Positions 57,338-64,000 of a stretch of DNA of 64,000 nucleotides are shown piece after piece; the first letter of the stretch is position 1, and each line of letters begins with the position of its first letter. The position numbers and the translations under genes are program-made. The DNA is from an uncultured delta proteobacterium (lineage in GTDB: Bacteria; Desulfobacterota; DSM-4660; Desulfatiglandales; HGW-15). The stretch lies in contig CAWFFS010000010.1 of assembly GCA_963815145.1 (NCBI GenBank), positions 178,860 to 242,859 on the forward strand, given 5' to 3'. The notes below the pieces were generated by a model. It was given only the letters and a program-made list of their open reading frames with translations. It had not been told where the DNA came from and made no database searches.

Positions 57338-57640
57338 TGTTCCTCTCCCAAACGATGTAAAATATTAAACACTGCACAAATAAAAAAATTGTACTAAATT
57401 CATATATTCTTAATTTTTTTTAAAACTAATCACCTTCGGCAATTTTTTATTTTAATTTATATCATATATACAGGCCCCGAAACAATAATTATTCCTTTGA
57501 AAATATAATATAAAAAGGCTAAATTACTTGAAATTTTTAATCAATCAGATTTTACTGAACTTTTGATATGTTCAAAAAATCATTTTTTAACTCTTTTCCG
57601 GTTCTAATATTTACTGTTTGAATCAGTTGGCGGAGAGCAA

Positions 57641-59116
57641 ATGGAATCAGGTCTGAAAATACTTTTTGTGTCCTCAGAAGTTGTTCCCTATGCAAAAAGC
57701 GGCGGGCTTGCCGATGTATCAGGCGCTTTACCTGTGGCCCTTCGAGAGTCGGGTATGGATGTCAGGATCGTCATGCCCTGTTATGCAGCAGTAAAAAAGG
57801 GCATGCTGAATAAAGCGCCTGTCATTAATGATCTGACTGTCCCCCTCGGGGACATGTCCTTAACCGCAAGGGTATACGAATCAAAATCACAAAAACGAGC
57901 TCCCACTACTTATTTTGTAGGCAGGGAAGATCTGTTTGGAAGGCCGAATCTCTATGGTGATTCGACAGGCGATTATTATGACAATCTTGAGCGTTTTTCT
58001 TTCTTTTCTCATGCCGCATTAAGGACCGCGCAGGAACTTGATTTCAGACCTGACATCATTCATTGCCACGACTGGCAGACCGGCCTGATACCTGCGTTGC
58101 TTAAGGACCCTTACAGCATAAAATTCTTTTCCGGCACGTCTGTGTTATTTACTATTCATAATATGGGCTATCAGGGGGTCTTTCCAGTTAATAAACTTTT
58201 AATGACAGGGCTGAACAGCAGTGATTATTATCACCAGGAAGGCCTTGAATACTGGGGTAGCATCAGCCTGTTAAAATCGGGTATTGTGTATGCCGACGCA
58301 GTTACAACCGTGAGCCCAACCTATGCAGGGGAGATCCTGACTCATGAATTCGGCCTGGGCATGGAAGGAATACTCGCCAATAAAAAAGGAGCCCTTTTCG
58401 GCATATTGAACGGCGTTGATTATGATGTATGGAACCCTGAAAAAGACAAACATGTCGCCGGCAATTATTCGATAAAAAATATTTCCGGGAAAATAATATG
58501 CAAAAAAGATCTGATAAAGGAAATGAATCTTGATCCTTCTCTCAGGGACAAACCTCTTTTCGGAATGGTTTCGCGGCTTGACAAACAAAAAGGACTCGAT
58601 ATGCTCCTTGAAATCATGGATGAAGTTATTGCCCTTGATGCAGGTTTTGTTCTTCTTGGCTCTGGCGACAGTTATATAGAAAATACAATAAAGGAAAAAG
58701 CAAAACAACACACAGGGAAAATCGGTACAGGTATAGGATTCAATGATCCTCTTGCCCATAAAATAATGGCCGGTTCGGATATCTTCGTCATACCCTCAAG
58801 ATATGAACCATGCGGACTTACCCAGATGTACGCCCTTAAATATGGTACAGTACCTCTGGTAAGGGCAACCGGAGGCCTTAATGATACAGTATTTCAGTAT
58901 GACACGAATACAAAGACCGGAAACGGGTTTAAGTTCGACGCCGCCACTTCGGGGGAGTTGCTGAATTCAATACGGCAGGCCACTGCCCTTTATAAAGATA
59001 AGACAGAATGGAAAAAACTCATATCAAACGGCATGAAAGAAGATTTTTCCTGGAAAAAATCAGCAGAGAAATATATTGAGATATACAGAAGACTTCACGA
59101 TCGGAGAAAAATATGA
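57641..59116 (+). CDS. glgA: glycogen synthase (ADP-glucose type)
   Basis: 'ILFVSSEVVPYAKSGGLADV', 'IIHCHDWQTGL', 'IPSRYEPCGLTQMYALKYGTVPLVRATGGL'. Confidence 0.95.
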   Translation: MESGLKILFVSSEVVPYAKSGGLADVSGALPVALRESGMDVRIVMPCYAAVKKGMLNKAPVINDLTVPLGDMSLTARVYESKSQKRAPTTYFVGREDLFGRPNLYGDSTGDYYDNLERFSFFSHAALRTAQELDFRPDIIHCHDWQTGLIPALLKDPYSIKFFSGTSVLFTIHNMGYQGVFPVNKLLMTGLNSSDYYHQEGLEYWGSISLLKSGIVYADAVTTVSPTYAGEILTHEFGLGMEGILANKKGALFGILNGVDYDVWNPEKDKHVAGNYSIKNISGKIICKKDLIKEMNLDPSLRDKPLFGMVSRLDKQKGLDMLLEIMDEVIALDAGFVLLGSGDSYIENTIKEKAKQHTGKIGTGIGFNDPLAHKIMAGSDIFVIPSRYEPCGLTQMYALKYGTVPLVRATGGLNDTVFQYDTNTKTGNGFKFDAATSGELLNSIRQATALYKDKTEWKKLISNGMKEDFSWKKSAEKYIEIYRRLHDRRKI

Positions 59117-59400
59117 AACTCGAAAAAGATAGATGGCTATGGGTAATAGTTCAGGACCCGGGAGGAAACGAGATGTTCCTGGGGCAGTATGATGAGAAAA
59201 AGGATATTTCTTTTATCCCTGCCTTTTATGAAAAGGATGAGGCAAAGGCTTCGCTGGATTTTATCAACAAGGATGATAAAGTAAAGTACGAGGTCCAGGC
59301 AATCAAATACGGACTTCTTGAGCAATACTGTAAAGCAAACAACTTTGTTGTCTTTATATGCAATGCGTCAGGAGAAATACTGGAGAAACCCATGGGATAA
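59113..59400 (+). CDS. small hypothetical protein (95 aa)
   Basis: The start overlaps the glgA stop (ATGA). No motif was recognised. Confidence 0.4.
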   Translation: MKLEKDRWLWVIVQDPGGNEMFLGQYDEKKDISFIPAFYEKDEAKASLDFINKDDKVKYEVQAIKYGLLEQYCKANNFVVFICNASGEILEKPMG

Positions 59401-59473
59401 TTAATGATAGATTGATTATTAATAAAATTATATTCTCTGTGTCTCTGAGGTAAATTTTAAAAGGAGATTTCAC

Positions 59474-60190
59474 ATGAAAATTGCAATCGGTTCGGACCAC
59501 GCGGGTTTTTCATATAAATCCATATTAATAGAATATCTTACCGGAGAAGGGCACGAGGTAAAGGACTTCGGGACCTTCAGTGAGGAATCTGTAGATTACC
59601 CCCTTTTCATTCGCCCTGTCGCACTGGCAGTCAGCCGCGGTGAATATGAGAGGGGTATAGTGCTTGGCGGCTCAGGCAATGGTGAAGCAATGGCTGCAAA
59701 CCGGATAAAGGGGATAAGGTGCGCGCTCTGCTGGAACACGGAAAGCGCCATAATGGCTAGAAAGCACAATGATGCAAACATGATCTCCCTTGGCGAAAGA
59801 ATGATCTCAAAAGAAGATGCAGTCGAGATAGTCAGACTGTGGATTGAAACCCCGTTTGAAGGAGGAAGACATATTCCCCGAATCAGACAGCTTGATGAGG
59901 ATTTTTCCCAAAAGGAAGCGCAGCCGAAAACAGTATCGGATACAGTATCCGGTAATGAGGATGATTTTAATGTCGTTATTTCATTCGGATATATCCTCTA
60001 TACGGAAGGGAAAAAAACCGCGGAATTCAAGGTTGAACCCGGTCTGAAAGGTCCAACGATGGTTCACATTCCATCTTCTGAAAACTGGGATAAGGTCATG
60101 CCGGACTGGATGCATAACAGAAGAGAAGAAATAGTGGATCGGATAGCCTCAAAGTGCAAACATCTGATTTATGATTTCATGGAGTTTTAA
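59474..60190 (+). CDS. rpiB: ribose-5-phosphate isomerase B with a roughly 90-aa C-terminal extension of unknown function
   Basis: 'MKIAIGSDHAGF', 'GIVLGGSGNGEAMAANR', 'ARKHNDANMISLGERM', 'FEGGRHIPRI'. An unassigned tail follows from about residue 150. Confidence 0.8.
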   Translation: MKIAIGSDHAGFSYKSILIEYLTGEGHEVKDFGTFSEESVDYPLFIRPVALAVSRGEYERGIVLGGSGNGEAMAANRIKGIRCALCWNTESAIMARKHNDANMISLGERMISKEDAVEIVRLWIETPFEGGRHIPRIRQLDEDFSQKEAQPKTVSDTVSGNEDDFNVVISFGYILYTEGKKTAEFKVEPGLKGPTMVHIPSSENWDKVMPDWMHNRREEIVDRIASKCKHLIYDFMEF

Positions 60191-60244
60191 AATATAGAAA
60201 AATATTTTGTTTTTATTTTCGTGTTTTTCGCATGTTTCGCCTGT

Positions 60245-60330
60245 CCCGCCATCTTGTCAGGGCGAAGCTTTAGCGGAGACTGAAGCCTCCCCTGCCCTCC
60301 ATCTTGTCTCGGTGAAGTTCAGGCGAAGAC
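60245..60330. repeat. two copies of a ~36-nt core repeat with 50-nt period, preceded by a TTCG-periodic leader
   Basis: CCCGCCATCTTGTCAGGGCGAAGCTTTAGCGGAGAC (60245-60280) against CCCTCCATCTTGTCTCGGTGAAGTTCAGGCGAAGAC (60295-60330), 27/36 identical. The leader is TTCGtgttt TTCGcatgt TTCGcctgt (60219-60245). Confidence 0.5.
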
Positions 60331-60577
60331 GTAAGTTTTAGTGAAGGCAGCTGGCAACGACGGACTGTTCTAAAAAAGATCCCTGGGTTTACCCCTGTTT
60401 TCCGAGACAAAACCCATAGACTTCATATCCGGTTTTTCAGTAGAGTCTTATTTGTTGTTCTTTTTAGAATGCAGGGCTGGAATTTTCTTTTAAAATTCAA
60501 TGTACTACTCTCAACTGAATTACTGAAGAGCGCTCTATTATAGGCTCTTTCTGGAATGCATTCCATGTTACTTTCTA

Positions 60578-63262
60578 TTAACCTTTGTATTCTTTAAAGC
60601 CTGTCATCAAATCACTGAATGTTGTAGGTTTATATTTATGAAACCCCTCTTCACCGACAAAAACATAATCAAAACGTAAATCCTTTTGCGCATTGTTTAT
60701 ATCTTCACACCACTGTTTCAGCCGATTCATTTTTTCAGGTACATCAATTTCTTCACGGCCTTTTGTTTCCACGATAACAATATCAGTTTCAGTGACCTTC
60801 ACCAGAAAATCAGGGTAATAGTTTGAGGGGAAACCATCCTTATTGATGTAATCGATAACAAAATGAACAGCCAGAAAATTCTTTGCATATGAAACGATAT
60901 CGTCACACTTTTCCAGGAAAGCCGTAAATTCAAGTTCAAGCTGGCTGTCCCCTATGATTTTATTAAATATTGATTTTTGAGGGATAATATAACCCTGGTC
61001 CTTTACAACAAACGGGCGGGTTTTTCTTAACTTGATATAGTCCCGGATTTCGGTCTCACCTTTATCCTTTACAGTCAATTCATTGATATGTCTTTTAAAC
61101 TCTTCAATAACTGTTTTTGTGGCATTTAATTCAGAAAGATTCCTCAAGGTATTCAAGTCATCTACATCAACATGTTCACTAAAGAGGAAATCAGTGATAA
61201 ATTCCTTCACCTTGCCATAAAGTATATCATAACCGCTTACCAGCCTGAGGTCCTTCATGATCGCCTTTGTAAAATATCCGATTACACTTCTGTAATCAGC
61301 CACTGTCGTGGTATTGAGCAAAGTTATATGATTAATTTCATTGGTGGTTATGTCCTTGAATACAATCTCCCTCTTTTGCTCCTCTGAAAACTGGAGATAT
61401 TGAATTTTTTCATGGCTGAAGGATGCAGGATCAAGTTCCGAAATATTTTTGTATTCCCTGTATATCCTGGGTGCAAGAACCGGAATTTGGATATCCAGCT
61501 TTTCAATATCCTTTTTTATATTCTCAGTATCTACCTCGACAATTAATGGTGCTTTAGGACCGGTGCCCTCACCCATCGGTTTTCTCTCAAGTTCAACACC
61601 TTCACTCTGTATGGATTCAACAAATTCCATAAATGCATCAGTTCCAACAATGCTTACGTATTCTTCCACATCGGTTCCGAAATACATCCTGCGGAGACCG
61701 CGACCAAGTGTCTGCTCAGGAAGAATATTGCTCCTTGCAGTATACGCCCGCAACCCGACTATAGTAGTAACATTCCGGACATCCCAGCCTTCCTTCAGCA
61801 TAAGGACCGATACAATAACCTTAAATGGACTGTCCCAACTGTCTATTTTATTTGCCTGTTCACGAAGCCTTTCCAGTTCCTCTTTGCTTTTACCTGAAAC
61901 AGCTTCGGATATTTCTCCGCTCCGGTTTGTATGTATTGTCATAACCGCATCTTTGAACTCAGGAAAATTCGTTTCGAGGTATTCATGAACCTCATCACAG
62001 TTTTTCGTATCATCGGTCATGATAAACAGTATGGCTTTTTTGCCGAGCTTTTCATGTTCAGGATACACCTTCCGCCATTCTTCCACTCCCAGGTTAATGT
62101 AATCGGCGTATCTCTCAGTAAAAAGGGCGCTCTGTCGTTCCGCAAGCTTTGCCCTGCTGGCACTGTCCGGGAGCACCGGGTGCTTTACAACATTCTGGGA
62201 AATCGCTTCAACCAGGGGATAGTCCGATATTGTCTGAACAAAGATTGCCCCGTTGTTATGTTTGGGTGTTGCAGTTACATCAACCTGCAATGAAAGGAAA
62301 TTTCCCTTTTGAAGCAGCTTATTATGTATATCCTGAATGGACTTGAACCAGGCCAAGTTTGAATCATGTATATGATGGGCTTCATCATTCAGGACAACAA
62401 GTTCGTTAATATCCCTGACGATTTCACCTAAGTCTACTTTGGAATCTGTTGTTTTGCCGGTCGGCCTTTTACCGAGAAAATAGTCCATGGTGTTTTCATC
62501 AGAGAAACTGGTTTCCTCAGTATCCGAAGAATAGACCCTGTGTATATTTGTAAGAAATATATTTCCGGTCTTTCTAACGATGCTGACCTCATCCTGGATA
62601 TGCAGGGTGAGTTGAAAGTCATCCTGCCAGTTCTGCCCATCATAACCATTATCAGGCAATACAGGATCTTCGAAGAATATACGCAGCCCGTCAAAGTCAT
62701 TGCGGATTCGGTCAAGGACAATAATATTGGGGGCAATAAGCAGGAAATTTCTTGCAAGGTCTGAGTCCGCCTCATATGTCTTATGAAAATAAGCCCAGGT
62801 AAGAATCAGGCTCATAACTTTGGTTTTGCCGCTCCCCGTAGCCATTTTAACTACCAGCCTGCGCCAGTTTTCATCAAACATCCCGGCAGAAACAGCCTGT
62901 GATGAGTCATAGCGTAGGAGATCATATTTATCCTTGAACTTAACAACATCATAAAGATAGATGATTGTTTCAACTGCTTCCCGTTGTGCAAAATAATACT
63001 GGAAGGGAATAACTGATCCATCAGGCTGTGGAATAAGGTGTTCTGTTCTGAACCACCAGTTCATAAGAGAAACACTTGTTTTACTTGCACCTTCATAACC
63101 ATTTTCGCGCCATTCATGTATTTCCCTGCGGAGCATATGCACAAGGGGCGGAAGCAGCTTTTCATAACTGGATTCACGCAACGCTTCATCAGCCGGGAAC
63201 CAGCGAATATCCGGATCCAGAATTTCATAGGGAGTGGATGGGAAATCAGGATGTATGGCCAT
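60578..63262 (-). CDS. Type III-like restriction enzyme Res subunit (SF2 DEAH helicase with C-terminal PD-(D/E)xK nuclease)
   Basis: Walker A 'MATGSGKTKVM'. 'LNDEAHHI' (DEAH). 'QTLGRGLR' (motif VI). C-terminal 'YYPDFLV...VIVETKG' nuclease motif. A DNA-methyltransferase C-terminus lies upstream on the same strand. Confidence 0.75.
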   Translation of the reverse strand: MAIHPDFPSTPYEILDPDIRWFPADEALRESSYEKLLPPLVHMLRREIHEWRENGYEGASKTSVSLMNWWFRTEHLIPQPDGSVIPFQYYFAQREAVETIIYLYDVVKFKDKYDLLRYDSSQAVSAGMFDENWRRLVVKMATGSGKTKVMSLILTWAYFHKTYEADSDLARNFLLIAPNIIVLDRIRNDFDGLRIFFEDPVLPDNGYDGQNWQDDFQLTLHIQDEVSIVRKTGNIFLTNIHRVYSSDTEETSFSDENTMDYFLGKRPTGKTTDSKVDLGEIVRDINELVVLNDEAHHIHDSNLAWFKSIQDIHNKLLQKGNFLSLQVDVTATPKHNNGAIFVQTISDYPLVEAISQNVVKHPVLPDSASRAKLAERQSALFTERYADYINLGVEEWRKVYPEHEKLGKKAILFIMTDDTKNCDEVHEYLETNFPEFKDAVMTIHTNRSGEISEAVSGKSKEELERLREQANKIDSWDSPFKVIVSVLMLKEGWDVRNVTTIVGLRAYTARSNILPEQTLGRGLRRMYFGTDVEEYVSIVGTDAFMEFVESIQSEGVELERKPMGEGTGPKAPLIVEVDTENIKKDIEKLDIQIPVLAPRIYREYKNISELDPASFSHEKIQYLQFSEEQKREIVFKDITTNEINHITLLNTTTVADYRSVIGYFTKAIMKDLRLVSGYDILYGKVKEFITDFLFSEHVDVDDLNTLRNLSELNATKTVIEEFKRHINELTVKDKGETEIRDYIKLRKTRPFVVKDQGYIIPQKSIFNKIIGDSQLELEFTAFLEKCDDIVSYAKNFLAVHFVIDYINKDGFPSNYYPDFLVKVTETDIVIVETKGREEIDVPEKMNRLKQWCEDINNAQKDLRFDYVFVGEEGFHKYKPTTFSDLMTGFKEYKG

Positions 63263-63283
63263 TAAATATTTCTCCTTACTAAA

Positions 63284-63388
63284 CCGCTAATGAACGCGAA
63301 TAAACGCTAATATTTTTATCTTTTAATTTGTATTCACTATTTTTCATTTACGTTTTTTAAATTCGCGTCTATTGGCGTTCATTAGCGT
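63284..63388. repeat. 28-nt inverted repeat arms (ATTAGCG/CGCTAAT-periodic) flanking an AT-rich spacer, between the GxxExxY gene and res
   Basis: CCGCTAATGAACGCGAATAAACGCTAAT (63284-63311) against the reverse complement of 63361-63388, ACGCTAATGAACGCCAATAGACGCGAAT (24/28). The right arm overlaps the stop codon of the GxxExxY ORF. Confidence 0.7.
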
Positions 63389-63807
63389 TTCCTTCGGTTT
63401 TCTGTCGTATTTGCAAACCTTTTCCACTCTAATTTAGTGGAACCAAAATTGATAAGAATACCAAGAGGCATTCCTGATGCTTTGAGATAATTTAAGATTT
63501 GCGCTTCTTCTATCTCGGTAAGCCTCTTTATTGCTTTTATCTCTACTATTATGGAATCAAAGCATAAAAAGTCTGCGTAATATCTTTTTTCAAGTATCTG
63601 TCCTTTGTACTTGATTTTAATTTCTTTCTGGGCAGTAAAAGGTATTTTATTTACAGCAAACTCCAGCATTAATGCTTCTTCATAAACTGCTTCGAGGAAT
63701 CCACAGCCCAGCTCATTGGATACTTCCATCGCAGCACCAATGATCTTATATACTTCATCCTTAAACAGTAATTCTCGTTTATTAAGGTCCATATAGCTAC
63801 TCCCCAT
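63382..63807 (-). CDS. GxxExxY family protein (PD-(D/E)XK nuclease-like)
   Basis: 'GCGFLEAVYEEAL' (GxxExxY) and 'YADFLCFDSIIVEIKAIK' (D...ExK). ATG at 63792 is an alternative start with a GGGAG RBS. Confidence 0.8.
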   Translation of the reverse strand: MGSSYMDLNKRELLFKDEVYKIIGAAMEVSNELGCGFLEAVYEEALMLEFAVNKIPFTAQKEIKIKYKGQILEKRYYADFLCFDSIIVEIKAIKRLTEIEEAQILNYLKASGMPLGILINFGSTKLEWKRFANTTENRRKR

Positions 63808-63809
63808 TT

Positions 63810-63884
63810 AACCGCGAATGAACGCTAATATTCTTTTCATTATTTTTCATATTCATTAGCGTCTATTAGCGTTTATTAGCGGTT
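63810..63884. repeat. second inverted-repeat module of the same arm family, between the GxxExxY gene and the mod stop codon
   Basis: AACCGCGAATGAACGCTAAT (63810-63829) against the reverse complement of 63865-63884, AACCGCTAATAAACGCTAAT (18/20). The 10-nt periodic units are TCATTAGCG TCTATTAGCG TTTATTAGCG. Confidence 0.7.
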
Positions 63885-64000
63885 TCACTTTTTGCCACCT
63901 ACAGTCACTTCTGCAATTTTCATAGTGTCATTCCCGAAAATATCAACTACCTTAACTGCAATTTTATATCGCCCCGGTGGGCATTCATGGAAAACACTTT
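63885..64000 (-). CDS. C-terminal end of a DNA methyltransferase (Type III-like Mod), partial at the window edge
   Basis: The open frame to the window edge ends '...YKIAVKVVDIFGNDTMKIAEVTVGGKK*'. From memory, an 'AVKV(V/I)DIFGNDT' tail is characteristic of N6/N4 DNA methylases that pair with res helicases. Only 37 codons are visible. Confidence 0.5.
   Translation of the reverse strand, partial: SVFHECPPGRYKIAVKVVDIFGNDTMKIAEVTVGGKK

Noticed and set aside
60219-63884. CRISPR array interpretation of the repeat regions at 60.2 kb and 63.3-63.9 kb
   Set aside because: There are only two to four degenerate copies, arranged as inverted as well as direct repeats. There are no regular repeat-spacer periodicity and no cas genes.
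1-64000. Search for transposases, integrases, phage genes, rRNA or obvious toxin-antitoxin pairs
   Set aside because: None of the ORFs shows the corresponding motifs (DDE, tyrosine-recombinase RHRY, and so on). The only mobile-like signal is the repeat-bracketed GxxExxY cassette reported above.

Overview
This is a 64-kb AT-rich chromosomal segment, densely coding on both strands. No rRNA, CRISPR array, transposase or integrase was found. The gene content (hcp, a four-subunit 2-oxoacid:ferredoxin oxidoreductase, a PPi-type phosphofructokinase, many His-kinase and sigma-54 components) suggests an anaerobe of deltaproteobacterial (Desulfobacterota) type. That placement is inference only.

Housekeeping blocks:
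- def-fmt-DUF116-rsmB-rpe followed by tRNA-Ser(GCT), on the minus strand at 6.3-10.9 kb.
- A CbpA-like J-protein, a PP-loop ATPase, the oxidoreductase operon in delta-alpha-beta-gamma order, and gpmI.
- An M24 peptidase, then pdxA-uvrA-metG-trmH-like.
- A carbon-metabolism block: pfp-pyk, a cdaA-YbbR fusion, usp, a glycosyltransferase, glgA and rpiB.

Observations that stand out:
1. Two unlinked intergenic regions (26.1 kb and 38.05 kb) each carry a helically phased pair of the same palindrome, TGCACA-N6-TGTGCA.
   - One pair lies next to a GAFTGA-type sigma-54 activator gene and a divergent operon (LpxL-like acyltransferase, B12-radical-SAM, GAF His-kinase, enolase-superfamily epimerase).
   - The other lies about 100 bp upstream of a good -24/-12 promoter that drives a cNMP-binding protein and a small Cys-rich protein.
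   - Together they look like a small, uncharacterised bEBP regulon.
2. A signalling island at 38-45.6 kb holds four copies of an unusual cupin-like module spread over three genes. They surround a REC-HK-REC-PilZ hybrid kinase and an HDOD-GAF kinase, next to hcp. hcp itself has a class-II FNR/CRP-type site.
3. A Type III-like restriction-modification pair (mod C-terminus plus res helicase-nuclease) is split by a GxxExxY (PD-(D/E)XK-like) gene. That gene is enclosed by four copies of a degenerate 'ATTAGCG'-periodic arm that could form an IVS-like stem.
4. Four genes (fmt, the J-protein, a coiled-coil membrane protein and gpmI) are each broken by a 1-nt indel exactly at a homopolymer run. This most likely reflects sequence or assembly error rather than biology.

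All functional calls rest on motifs read by eye. No database search was possible.
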